Assembly: GCA_035602395.1 (NCBI GenBank)
Contig: DATNMH010000068.1
Span: forward strand, 77,416 to 141,415
Source: Candidatus Acidiferrum sp.
GTDB taxonomy: Bacteria; Chloroflexota; Dormibacteria; CF-121
Length of the DNA: 64,000 nucleotides
Direction of reading: 5' to 3'
In this document: piece after piece, positions 37,101 to 45,294 of the stretch
Layout of the letters: each line of letters opens with the position of its first letter
Position numbering within the stretch: position 1 is the first letter of the stretch
Made by a program: the position numbers and the translations under genes
The notes under the pieces: generated by a model
Databases searched by the model: none
Told to the model about the DNA's origin: nothing
The model's input: the letters and a program-made list of their open reading frames with translations, nothing else

Positions 37101-37320
37101 AGCCGCCGCCCTCCCAGGGCCGCCAGCGATCGGTGCGCTCGACGATCGCGGAACGGCGGTCGCTGGTCTCGAGACCATAGAGGCCGGTCACGATCGCTTC
37201 CTGCAGCGTCGACTTGCCGGCTTCGTTCGGCCCCACCACGAGGTTCATGGCAGGACCGAAGCGCAGGTCCATGCCTTGCAGGGCGCCGAAACCTTCGATC
37301 TCGATGCGCGTCAGGCGCAT
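34117..37320 (-). CDS. YhaN-like SMC/Rad50-superfamily ATPase with long coiled coil and central TM hairpin
   Basis: Walker A GPNEAGKST, signature LSLGT, Walker B PLLLDEALVHAD; hydrophobic hairpin mid-protein. Confidence 0.88.
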   Translation of the reverse strand: MRLTRIEIEGFGALQGMDLRFGPAMNLVVGPNEAGKSTLQEAIVTGLYGLETSDRRSAIVERTDRWRPWEGGGFGLALEFELDDGSRLRVERDLDGDSVRVLDLANGAELNDRFERDPWGGLQIGRQLLGISRDIYTNTACISRSEVLRLEDAGSIKEAIVALADSAHPDRTAQAVLDRLRQERVQRIGKPRGRTGPLHDLESRLADLERQLTAAQQARSAVDELAQKRETVSALTEAELAVVQLLDAAVLASRLDEARHRLERVEMLERAIADERARQEDHTRFAMFPLDRQGEVQELRSHLRATREAQEDFERRAAENAAQVQQLEGERAKLETEAQGHETRARGIDAAALDQEPAVRELLTSLNVADTQAPEVHLRAQTAAEEARRIAERHPGLIGQNLDWSARQMEFQRVYSEWRERHNVATEARHRAGAELPPRLEQLKHDIARYKEVPDVIKAGQQSEEAMRREEAMAERARSRQRTFLGAMLGGLLLTAMAILVAFLALQGGMPLPLSGAAFFLLGMGVLSTGIGIWVRGAAVREVDRRLRAKDEARVKRREILQPWGVRSSGELQQALVEHLQKVRYDATRLELDRQATELEERAQGAGRTLRELVGSWGLSQPAPTEEAVDATAKDVESLAQDSLAWNAASQRSLEATRAETEMDQRRESLRQQLHSLLDRLGFDRREALGAARDFIASCEAERQAQQVRTRIEQLDAQLAQLRAPGERASSERAKADDYTQQLSTIYMRAGITEPDMEAAAVAWDAAVGHGDAYRTSSVRLAELESQRGGVTADEAGSLRQLVDDLTRQLGEVGKSVDPARAAEFAALPLAELERQRDQHRDVKERAQEERARAEELLNDRLTQTGDVAALDEEIATVREQLQELEAEAHAYDLAIETLEAAAKSVRRAVIPRLKSQLQGQLSPITNGRYRDVRIGEDLALSVKTQDQRAYKDVDNLSLGTRSLIYLLERLALARIIGGNAEPPPLLLDEALVHADRRRLRAAMDELGRLDHQVILFSKDEALADRAEKNDEWTIIRLPGPALVPGSAEGTPANGSSPDQVEEEVPS

Positions 37321-37348
37321 GAACGACTCACCGCATTCAGGCTAAACG

Positions 37349-38443
37349 TCATTCGTCGAAGGCATCGAGCGCGAGCTGCAGCGCCCGACCAACCGTCTGT
37401 TCCTCCTGGCGTGATCCCTGTTTGTGATCGACGAGCTTGCGAACCATTTCTCCACGGCTGGTGAACTCCTGGGTCGCCGCCTCCAGGTCGTGGGAGACCC
37501 GAGACTGGTCCCGGAACTCGAGATAGGCGAATCCGTCACTGCACTCGGAGGACAGTGCCTGGGGATCGATGACGAGCGAACGGGCCCGTTCCCCGACCAG
37601 CGTCGCCCGGATCACCGCGCCATCCAGATGCTTGCCATCACGGATCGCCAGCACCGCGTCGCGCACGTGGTCGGGGCTGGTCATGCCCGTGATGTCGATC
37701 GTTTCCTGGGCGAACTGGCGCTGATTGATGTCATCGAGCACCACGTGCACCGTGCCATCATCCTCGATCGTCACAAGCGCGGTGCAATGCCGACCGGCTT
37801 CGTTCCACCCCAACGGTTCCGGGCTTCCCGGATAGGTCATCGGCCCGCTCGTGCTCGCTTCGTGATAATGACCGAGCAGCGCGTGGCGAAACCCGGCCTG
37901 CTCCACCTGGCTGGGCAGGATCGGCTTGTAGGGGGTCACGCCCTCAGGCACCTGGCTCATGTCTGAGGCGTGCAACAGGAGGAGATGCGTGCCCGCATCT
38001 TGCCTGGCGAAATCCCGCAGAGGCGCCTCCGAGACCTCGGGGCGCATGAAGCCGCCCGCCCAGACCTGGACATCACCGTAGCGATAGGGCCGCAAGTCCT
38101 CGTGCGCCGCGATCGTGACGTTCTCCGGCCAGCGGAGGTAGCGGTAGGGCGAGCTCGGCACGGCGGGATCCGCGTGTCCGGGAGCGATCAGCACCGGCTG
38201 CCCGGCGCCACCCAGGGTTTGCGTGAGGAAGGCGGCCGTGTCACGGGTGACGTGATCCTGCTCGAAGAGGTCGCCGCCGCAGGTGATCAGGTCGACCCGT
38301 GCCTGACGGGCGCGCTCGACGATGCGCTGGAGAGCCGCTCGCAGGTCGCCGCGACGGCGTTGCGCGCCAACGCCGTAGAGGCGCTCGCTCGCGAAGGACC
38401 GGTCCAGATGCAGGTCGGCGAAATGTAGAAGGCGAAGGGCCAC
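37349..38443 (-). CDS. YhaO/SbcD/Mre11-like metallophosphoesterase nuclease
   Basis: LLHFADLHLD, CGGDLFE, APGHAD (GNHD variant), LLGHYH, YPGSPE. Confidence 0.88.
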   Translation of the reverse strand: MALRLLHFADLHLDRSFASERLYGVGAQRRRGDLRAALQRIVERARQARVDLITCGGDLFEQDHVTRDTAAFLTQTLGGAGQPVLIAPGHADPAVPSSPYRYLRWPENVTIAAHEDLRPYRYGDVQVWAGGFMRPEVSEAPLRDFARQDAGTHLLLLHASDMSQVPEGVTPYKPILPSQVEQAGFRHALLGHYHEASTSGPMTYPGSPEPLGWNEAGRHCTALVTIEDDGTVHVVLDDINQRQFAQETIDITGMTSPDHVRDAVLAIRDGKHLDGAVIRATLVGERARSLVIDPQALSSECSDGFAYLEFRDQSRVSHDLEAATQEFTSRGEMVRKLVDHKQGSRQEEQTVGRALQLALDAFDE

Positions 38444-38522
38444 AAATCCCCCGTAACCACGCGAATTGAGCCTGGCGCGATGGCATATGCGAGCGCGAAA
38501 TCAGCGCCCATTATAGAACGAG

Positions 38523-38546
38523 GGCTGAATTTATTCCGAATCAGCC
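38523..38546. promoter_or_regulatory. Candidate WYL-regulator operator
   Basis: GGCTGA-N12-TCAGCC inverted repeat with AT-rich core in the divergent intergenic region. Confidence 0.4.
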
Positions 38547-38582
38547 GGCAACGCGACAGCAGCGCCTACACTGATCGACGAA

Positions 38583-39611
38583 GTGGGCTCGTTCGAGAAG
38601 GGGGACCGGGGTGCGCGCATCCTCAAAATCCAGACGCTCCTTCAGGGCAATCCGCGCGGGTTGACGACCGGCGAGATCGCCCGCCGAACGGCCGTCAACC
38701 CTCGCACCACCTACCGCGACATCAAGGCGCTGGAGGCCATGAACGTCCCGGTCTACGAGGAGGCGGGACGGATCGCCATCGACCCGAACTACTTCATCGC
38801 GCCGGTCAAGTTCACGCTGCGCGAGGCGATGGCGCTGCTGATGGGCGTTCGTCTCATGTCCCGGCACAGCGACGAGGCAGACCCTGACGTGGCCGACGCC
38901 TTCACGAAGTTGGCGGCGGTGCTCCCGGCGCCGGTCGCCGAGTACGTGCACGCCACCGTCCGGCAGATGGCGGCTCGGCCGCCCAACCCGGTCTATTCGA
39001 GGGTGCTCCAGACCGTCGCCCTCGGGTGGGCTGGTCGCAAGGTGGTGCGCATCTGGTACCCAAGCGCGGATCACGCCGTCAAGCCTCGGCTGATCGAGCC
39101 CTACTTTCTCGAGCCATCGCTGATTGGACACGGGAGCTACGTCGTCGCGCGCGATCGCGGGCTGGGGGAGATGCGGACCTTCAAGCTGGAGCGCATCACC
39201 CGCGCAGAGCCGATGACCGAGACCTACTCGATCCCGGCTGACTTCGACATCAATAGCTACCTCTCGGGGGCCTGGGGCATCTACCACTCCGGCGAGCCGG
39301 TCGAGGTCAGGATGCGGTTTTTCCCGCCCGCGGCCGCGCGGGTCAAGGAATCAACCTGGCACCCATCGCAGAAACTCAGCGATGGCCCCAAAGGATCGAT
39401 CAACATGACGGTGACCGTGGCGGGGACGATCGAGATCACGCCCTGGATCCTGGGTTGGGGCGATGCGGTCGAGGTCATCGCTCCGAAAGACTTACGCAAG
39501 AAGATCGCCGACGCCGGCGCGAAAATGTCGACTCGCAACGCCGTGGATGTTCCCTCCCCCTCTGGGGGAGGGCAGGGTGGGGGCCGCAAAGCTCGAGGAG
39601 GATCGCTATGA
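38583..39611 (+). CDS. WYL-domain transcriptional regulator (HTH-WYL-WCX; PafC/DriD-like)
   Basis: HTH LTTGEIARRTAVNPRTTYRDIKAL; RLIEPY...RTFKLERI; WILGWGDAVEVIAP. Confidence 0.92.
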   Translation: MGSFEKGDRGARILKIQTLLQGNPRGLTTGEIARRTAVNPRTTYRDIKALEAMNVPVYEEAGRIAIDPNYFIAPVKFTLREAMALLMGVRLMSRHSDEADPDVADAFTKLAAVLPAPVAEYVHATVRQMAARPPNPVYSRVLQTVALGWAGRKVVRIWYPSADHAVKPRLIEPYFLEPSLIGHGSYVVARDRGLGEMRTFKLERITRAEPMTETYSIPADFDINSYLSGAWGIYHSGEPVEVRMRFFPPAAARVKESTWHPSQKLSDGPKGSINMTVTVAGTIEITPWILGWGDAVEVIAPKDLRKKIADAGAKMSTRNAVDVPSPSGGGQGGGRKARGGSL

Positions 39612-39973
39612 ATGTCTTTGGGAAAGTCTCGGCGTTTAATCCGGCGCGCATCTGGGAGGGTGTGCACGCCCGTCCCTTGCACGCCAACCGGGTCACGATT
39701 GGCTTCGTCGACATCGATCCGGGCGTGCTGGTACCCGAGCACCGGCACGACAACGAGCAAGTCGGATTCGTGCAGCGCGGTTCAGTCACGATGACGATTG
39801 CAGGTCAGTCGCGCGAGCTACGAGTGGGGGAGACCTACTCCATCGCCGGCGGCGTTCCTCACTCCGCCAAAGCTGGTACCGATGGCGCGTCGGTGGTGGA
39901 TGTCTTTGCGCCCGTTCGTGAAGATTGGAAATCGGCGCCGACGGTCGAGCCGTTTCCGGGACGCTGGCCCTAG
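39608..39973 (+). CDS. Cupin domain protein
   Basis: PEHRHDNEQ and GGVPHSA cupin motifs; ATG 39608. Confidence 0.88.
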   Translation: MNVFGKVSAFNPARIWEGVHARPLHANRVTIGFVDIDPGVLVPEHRHDNEQVGFVQRGSVTMTIAGQSRELRVGETYSIAGGVPHSAKAGTDGASVVDVFAPVREDWKSAPTVEPFPGRWP

Positions 39974-40758
39974 AACAGGCCGCCGTACTCCCCGCCGTCT
40001 ACCGAGAGCGTGGCGCCGGTGATGAAGCTCGCCGCGTCGCCTGCCAGGAAGACAACGGCCGCCGCGAGTTCGTCGGGGCGTCCGTGCCGGCCGAGCGGGA
40101 TGTTGCGGAGGCTACGGGCGGTGAACTCCTCGGCATCGATGCCCAGCCTCATCGCCTGGCCGCGATTTTCTTCTTTGATCCGATCGGTTTCGAAGCGGCC
40201 CGTCAGGATGGAATTGACCCGGACCTCGGGCGCGGCCTCTTTCGCCAGCGTCTTTCCCATCGCGACCACGGCCGGGCGTAGGGCGTTCGACAGGACGAGA
40301 TTGTCGACCGGTTGGTGGGCGGCGATCGAGGTCAGGTTCACGATCGCGCCTCGACCGCGCCGCAGCGCGGGAAGCGATGCTCGCGTCAGACGGACGGCGC
40401 TCATTAAGACCAGGTTGATCGCATCAGCCCACGCCGCGTCGTCCAGCTCGGCGACGGCGCCGAGGACGGGGCCGCGTGTGTTGTTGACGAGCACCTCGAG
40501 GCCGCCCATGGTCGCCGTCGCCCACTCGACGAGGTCGCGGCACTGGTCAGCCTGCTTGAGATCGGCCACCCGCGCGACGACGTCATGATCTTCCTTACGC
40601 AGGGCGGCAGCAGCGGCCTGGATGCGCTGCTCGTTGCTCGAGGAGATGACGACGCGACAACCCTCAGCGGCCAGCGCCCGGGCCGACGCAAATCCGAGGC
40701 CCCGGCTGGCCGCCGTGACGAGGGCTCGCCGACCCCCGAGCCCGGTTTCCACCGCCAA
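39970..40758 (-). CDS. Short-chain dehydrogenase/reductase
   Basis: VTAASRGLG, VLVNN, SNALR, VNSILTGRFET, ITGATLSVDGG. Confidence 0.9.
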   Translation of the reverse strand: MAVETGLGGRRALVTAASRGLGFASARALAAEGCRVVISSSNEQRIQAAAAALRKEDHDVVARVADLKQADQCRDLVEWATATMGGLEVLVNNTRGPVLGAVAELDDAAWADAINLVLMSAVRLTRASLPALRRGRGAIVNLTSIAAHQPVDNLVLSNALRPAVVAMGKTLAKEAAPEVRVNSILTGRFETDRIKEENRGQAMRLGIDAEEFTARSLRNIPLGRHGRPDELAAAVVFLAGDAASFITGATLSVDGGEYGGLF

Positions 40759-40787
40759 ATACTAGGCGGGCGTCTTGCGAATAATCG

Positions 40788-41354
40788 CTATGGCCAGAAT
40801 TCGAAGCTCAATCGCCCGTCGCTGCAGGCGTCGGCGGCCGACCACGGTTGGTGCCAGCTATCGATGTGAAAAGTACTGCCGGCCGCGCCGCAGGTTGGTG
40901 CGATGCTGACGCCCAATCCCGCGCCAAGAATGACGAGCGCGATACACGTGCCGATCGCTGCAGAAATCGATGCTGGACGTCGGCGGCCATCTGTCGTAAT
41001 GGCACTCGCCAGAGCCGCTAAGGCTAGCGCGGCGGCCATCAGCAGGAGAACAGCGGTCTCGAATGTAAACAGGTTGATCCATATCCAGAGCGCGCCCAGG
41101 GTTGCCAGACCCGCAGCTGCCATACCGAGAAGTGCCGCGCGTTGGATCGGTCTGCGCGTCAATGCACCAGCCACACAGGCGATCGCCAACATGGCGACAA
41201 AGCCGGACACGAAGATGAAGATGCGACCAAACCGATGTCCTACGCCTTGGCCGAGCACCAGCAGGATGTAGGACCCGGCCGCCGCTGCCAGTAGGCCGGC
41301 TACGGTGGCAGGTGCTGAAACCCCCCAAAGGTGTTTGTACGCAAAGGCTGTCAT
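40788..41354 (-). CDS. Hypothetical multi-TM membrane protein with atypical codon usage
   Basis: About 5 hydrophobic segments; visibly more A/T-ending codons than neighbours; flanked by CTAGGCGG direct repeats. Confidence 0.6.
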   Translation of the reverse strand: MTAFAYKHLWGVSAPATVAGLLAAAAGSYILLVLGQGVGHRFGRIFIFVSGFVAMLAIACVAGALTRRPIQRAALLGMAAAGLATLGALWIWINLFTFETAVLLLMAAALALAALASAITTDGRRRPASISAAIGTCIALVILGAGLGVSIAPTCGAAGSTFHIDSWHQPWSAADACSDGRLSFEFWP

Positions 41355-41407
41355 GCCGGAGCCATGATGCTTTGACGCAGCCTAGCTGAGAAAGTTCCTG
41401 AGGCCAG

Positions 41408-41617
41408 CTAGGCGGCGGCGCGAGGTTGCTTGCCGCAAGCGGGACAAGGAGTCCCCGCCTTGAGTTCGGCACGCTTGAAGGCGTGCCCACCGCAATGCGG
41501 GCAGAGCGCACCCGGCCGCAGCGGCTGGGTTTGCGCGGCCTTCTGCATGCGCTCGCGCAGGTGACTGTCGTCTTCCTTTTCGATGAAGCGCGGGTCGGTG
41601 GGCGTCTGGGTGCTCAT
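41408..41617 (-). CDS. Small zinc-ribbon protein (69 aa)
   Basis: ATG 41617 overlapping the upstream stop; CPHC...CPAC. Confidence 0.75.
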   Translation of the reverse strand: MSTQTPTDPRFIEKEDDSHLRERMQKAAQTQPLRPGALCPHCGGHAFKRAELKAGTPCPACGKQPRAAA

Positions 41618-42423
41618 GCGGCCTTCAGTTCTCCCGGCTGGAAGGCCCCAGGTCGGATGTGCTCCGCGAGCTTGAGGCCGATGACTTCGGGGTGCAAGTC
41701 GATGCCGCGCTGGAAAGGGTGCACGCTGAGAATCGCCGGCACGCGCCGGTTGCCGATCTCGACGTCGAGGACGCGACCGTGCAGGGTCGTCATGGACGCC
41801 CATCCGTCCCAGGTCCGCATCGTCCGCCACCACAGGTGACGGGCAACGGGTCCACCCATGGCGACGATCGCTTGCGGCGCGATCCGCACCAGCAAGCTCT
41901 GCAGGTGGCGGTCGACGCACTGGTTGAGGGCGGCGTCGGTGACGCGGTCAGGATTGTCAGTCGCGCAACGAACCGCCCAGGTGTGGAAGGCGAAATCCAG
42001 GACGTCGCGCTTGTCGAGCTTCTGGCCCATCCGGCGGCGGGCGGCGAGCAGCACCCCGCGGACGAATTGAAAGTACGGTTGAGGAGTATCCGCTGTCATG
42101 TGGTGCTCGAGCCGTGCCTCGTGGTCGAGCCACTCGGTGAATGCCTCGTTGCTGGCGCTCGCCGTGTCGAGCGGGCTGGGGCTGATGAAGACGATCGGCG
42201 CCTCGGGATTGCCGAATCCCACTTGGGGCCGGCGGAGCGGTTGCGCGAGTCGTGCGCACGGGCTGTCGGCGCGGTCGGACTCGGCGATCGCGCACCCGTG
42301 CAACCGCTTGAGGGCGTCCGAGCCGAAGAACTGCAGGTACTGCTGGCCCTTGCTCACGCTGTTGGAAACGACGCGGAGTGATGGTCGAAGCTTGCGCCCC
42401 AGCCATCGGCGACGGCGGCGCAA
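41614..42423 (-). CDS. Divergent uracil-DNA glycosylase superfamily protein (family 4-like); start uncertain
   Basis: GFGNPEAPIVFISPSP (motif A region), WAVRCATDNP...NQC, IVAMGG, ILSVHP (motif B). Confidence 0.6.
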   Translation of the reverse strand: MRRRRRWLGRKLRPSLRVVSNSVSKGQQYLQFFGSDALKRLHGCAIAESDRADSPCARLAQPLRRPQVGFGNPEAPIVFISPSPLDTASASNEAFTEWLDHEARLEHHMTADTPQPYFQFVRGVLLAARRRMGQKLDKRDVLDFAFHTWAVRCATDNPDRVTDAALNQCVDRHLQSLLVRIAPQAIVAMGGPVARHLWWRTMRTWDGWASMTTLHGRVLDVEIGNRRVPAILSVHPFQRGIDLHPEVIGLKLAEHIRPGAFQPGELKAA

Positions 42424-42437
42424 TTAAGATTTCCGCA

Positions 42438-42773
42438 ATGGCACCTGTTCCGGCCGTCGACGTCAAGGAGCTCCGGCGCCGTCTCGAGGCCGACGGGCCC
42501 AAGCCCTACCTGCTCGACGTCCGGGAGCCCTGGGAGTACCTGGCGGGACATGTGCCCGGTGCGCAGCTCATCCCACTGGGCGAGCTGGAGCAACGGGTTT
42601 CCGAAGTGCCGCGAAATCGCGAGGTGCTCGCCATTTGCCATAGCGGCCAACGCAGCCTGGCGGCGGCGGGCTATCTCCAGCAGCTCGGTTACACCGCCGT
42701 CAGCAACGTCGACGGCGGCACGGCCGCCTGGCTCGAACGCGGCTATCCAACCGAAGGTTCATCCGCCAGCTGA
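42438..42773 (+). CDS. Rhodanese-like sulfurtransferase
   Basis: LLDVREPWEY..GHVPGA, active-site loop CHSGQRS, VDGGTAAW. Confidence 0.92.
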   Translation: MAPVPAVDVKELRRRLEADGPKPYLLDVREPWEYLAGHVPGAQLIPLGELEQRVSEVPRNREVLAICHSGQRSLAAAGYLQQLGYTAVSNVDGGTAAWLERGYPTEGSSAS

Positions 42774-42940
42774 AGCTGGGTCGCGTCGAAGCGGCTGACC
42801 ACCCCGGCGCGCACCGGGGAGTGTAAGCCGCCGGGGCGTCTGCGACAGACAGCTGTCAAAACCGCCTGCTTGACTTTGGGAGTGAGCCAAACCACCATGA
42901 TGACGACCAACCGTCCCTTTCACGTCCTGGAGGAGTTGCC

Positions 42941-44044
42941 GTGAGCGTCCTTGAACTGGTCCTCGTGATCCTGTTGCTGGCGGTACTGCTGGGCCTCGTG
43001 GCCGTTGTCATCCGGCGGCCGTCTGCGACTGGCCCGTCCGATGCGGTCCTCGCGGCGCTGGCCGACCTCGGGGCGCTCAAGTCCCACGTCGAGACGGTCA
43101 GCAATCAGCAGGGCGCCCTGAGCCAATCGTTAGGCATGCTCCAGTCGGCGGTGCAAGGGGTCGAAACCAAGGTCCTCGAGAGCTCGGCCGGCGTTCGCGA
43201 GGCGATCGGCAAAGACCTGTCCGACGCCCGGATCGTCGTCGAACGGCTCAAGGTGGACGGCGAGGAGCGGCGGCGCATGGAGGAAGACGTGCAGGCGTCG
43301 GCCCGCCGCATCGAGACCGTGCTCCTCGGCAGCCGCACCCGCGGCGCCGCCGGGGAAAACATCCTCCAGGATGCCTTCCGACAGTTCCCCGCCGAGATGA
43401 TCGACATGAACTTCCGTGTCAACGGCAAGGTGGTCGAGTACGCGCTCATCCTGGCCAACGGCAAGCGCCTGCCGATCGATAGCAAGTGGCCGTCCCCCGA
43501 ATTACTGGATCGCCTCGGCGAGGCTATGCAAGACCCAGCCAAAGAAGCTGCGCTCGTCCAGGAGATCGAGCGCATCATGCGGCTCAAGGTCCGCGACGTG
43601 CGGCAATACATCGACCCCGCCGCCACCATCGGCTTCGCCCTGGCGGCCGTCCCCGATCCCATCTTGAACGCCTGCCGGCGCGCGCACCTCGAGGCGTATC
43701 GCGAAGGGGTGATCCTGATGCCTTACAGCATGACCATCCCTTACGTGCTGGCGCTCTATCGGCTGCACCTGCAGTACGCGCGATCGATCGACCTCGAGAA
43801 CCTCGAGGGCTACCTGCAGCAGATCGACGACAACGTCACCGCTCTCGACCGCCTGCTGGAGAACAGCATTGCCCGCGGCAGCACGATGATCCAGAACGCC
43901 TTCAACGACGCCAAGCGCAACGTGGGCCAGATGCGAGGCGCGCTGGCGGCGCTGCGGGCCGTCCCCCAGGCGTCGGTCAGCCCCGCGCCGGAGGTCGATG
44001 TGATCGATGACGGCGAACTCGCGCTGCTGATGTCCCGTCGTTAA
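42941..44044 (+). CDS. rmuC: DNA recombination protein RmuC
   Basis: N-terminal TM plus coiled coil, TRGAAGENIL, LPIDSKWP, KVRDVRQYIDP. Confidence 0.85.
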   Translation: MSVLELVLVILLLAVLLGLVAVVIRRPSATGPSDAVLAALADLGALKSHVETVSNQQGALSQSLGMLQSAVQGVETKVLESSAGVREAIGKDLSDARIVVERLKVDGEERRRMEEDVQASARRIETVLLGSRTRGAAGENILQDAFRQFPAEMIDMNFRVNGKVVEYALILANGKRLPIDSKWPSPELLDRLGEAMQDPAKEAALVQEIERIMRLKVRDVRQYIDPAATIGFALAAVPDPILNACRRAHLEAYREGVILMPYSMTIPYVLALYRLHLQYARSIDLENLEGYLQQIDDNVTALDRLLENSIARGSTMIQNAFNDAKRNVGQMRGALAALRAVPQASVSPAPEVDVIDDGELALLMSRR

Positions 44045-44541
44045 GCCAGGCTGGGCGTCCTGGCGAGTCGCATGACCAGGACGAGCAGGATAAGGATCCC
44101 CGCGCCACTCAGGTACAACGTGTTGCTTGGCTGGAAGCCGGGGTCATCGACGACCAGCTGGTCACTCGCTGTGGCGGTGCCGGCTTCGTTGGTCACTTCG
44201 ATGGAATAGGACCCCTGGGCGAGGTTGTCCGGCAGCTTCACCAGCATGTGGTACGTGTCGGACGCCTGCACCGTGGTGGCGGGCCGCCCGCCGACCTGCA
44301 CGGTCGACGCCGCGGTCAGGTGCTGGCCCAGGATCATGATGTTGGGTTGGGTGATTGGGTTCACCTTGGCGGGGGTGACCTGGTAGATCTGCGGCGGCAG
44401 GACGGCGGTCCTGACCGGAACGGGCGCCACCGGCTTGACCGTCGGGGCCGGCCGCTTGGTCGCAGCGTGCACCGGCAGGCTCGTCAGGGCGAGGGCGACG
44501 ATCGTCAACCCGCCGGCCGCCAGGCGTCGCGCAGCTGTCAT
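44041..44541 (-). CDS. Secreted IPT/TIG-domain protein with C-terminal membrane anchor
   Basis: Signal peptide, IYQVTP...IMILGQHL...VQVGG...GSYSIEVTNEAG, C-terminal TM followed by RLAR. Confidence 0.75.
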   Translation of the reverse strand: MTAARRLAAGGLTIVALALTSLPVHAATKRPAPTVKPVAPVPVRTAVLPPQIYQVTPAKVNPITQPNIMILGQHLTAASTVQVGGRPATTVQASDTYHMLVKLPDNLAQGSYSIEVTNEAGTATASDQLVVDDPGFQPSNTLYLSGAGILILLVLVMRLARTPSLA

Positions 44542-44642
44542 GGAATAGACCTCTAGTACAGATAACGGCGGAGGCTTTACGCCAAAGATGGCGATGCGGC
44601 CCATTCTGGCTGCGCAGACGGACGTAGTTGTAACCCCAGGCG

Positions 44643-44678
44643 AAACAAAAAAGCCCCTACCCGCAAGCGGGCAGGGGC
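44643..44678 (-). terminator. Intrinsic terminator of the histone-like gene
   Basis: GCCCCT/AGGGGC plus CCCGC/GCGGG hairpin followed by a U-tract on the minus strand (AAACAAAAAA on plus). Confidence 0.8.
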
Positions 44679-44693
44679 TGTTGAACTCGCGCT

Positions 44694-45164
44694 TTAGCGG
44701 TTGCCGCCTCCCGGCCAGGTCTGCTCCGGCGGGCGCTCACCGATCTTGATCCGCTCCGAGCTGCCGCCCGACGTATCGGACTCGCCGCCCGGATCGCTGC
44801 CAAAGCCGCCGTACGAGGGCAGGATCGGCGGCTCCGCCGGCCGCGCCACGGGACGAGACGCGCCGCTAAACGGGCTGGCGGCGGGCTTCGGGGCGCTCGG
44901 TGGCGCTACTTTCGGGGCTGCGACCGGCTTGGCCGCGGCCCTGGCGGCGGCCTTCGGGGCGGCCTTCGCGGCCGTTCTTTTCTTCGCGGCCGGGCGCTTG
45001 GCCGCCGCCTTCTTGGCGGCGGGGCGCTTGGCGGTCGACTTCTTCGCGGTGGATCGCTTGGCCGTCGACTTCTTGGCGGCGGAGCGCTTCGCCGTCGACT
45101 TCTTCTTGGCGGTCGACCGCTTCGGCGTCGACTTCTTGGCTTTTGATTTCTTCTTCGCTGGCAT
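44694..45164 (-). CDS. Histone H1-like Lys/Ala-rich basic protein
   Basis: Repeated K(K/R)STAK/RPAAKK pentapeptides, then PA-rich and acidic tail; GGGAGGAG RBS; own terminator. Confidence 0.8.
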   Translation of the reverse strand: MPAKKKSKAKKSTPKRSTAKKKSTAKRSAAKKSTAKRSTAKKSTAKRPAAKKAAAKRPAAKKRTAAKAAPKAAARAAAKPVAAPKVAPPSAPKPAASPFSGASRPVARPAEPPILPSYGGFGSDPGGESDTSGGSSERIKIGERPPEQTWPGGGNR

Positions 45165-45294
45165 TTCTCCTCCCTCGGATGCGCAATGATGACTCGCGCG
45201 TTGGTTCAGGCGGATGAGGTCCCCCTGCTGTTACCTGCGATTTATAGCATCGGCTCCCCGCAAAGACAAGCATTTCCCTCGCGCCGAGGCGCCA

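Noticed and set aside
35167-37464. Long plus-strand ORF (765 aa) and other antisense or alternate-frame ORFs in the track
   Set aside because: Shadow ORFs of real genes caused by high GC and low stop frequency; no recognisable motifs. The N-terminal extensions of ORFs 9686, 6928-8397, 15106-17007, 49661 and 58263 were trimmed for the same reason.
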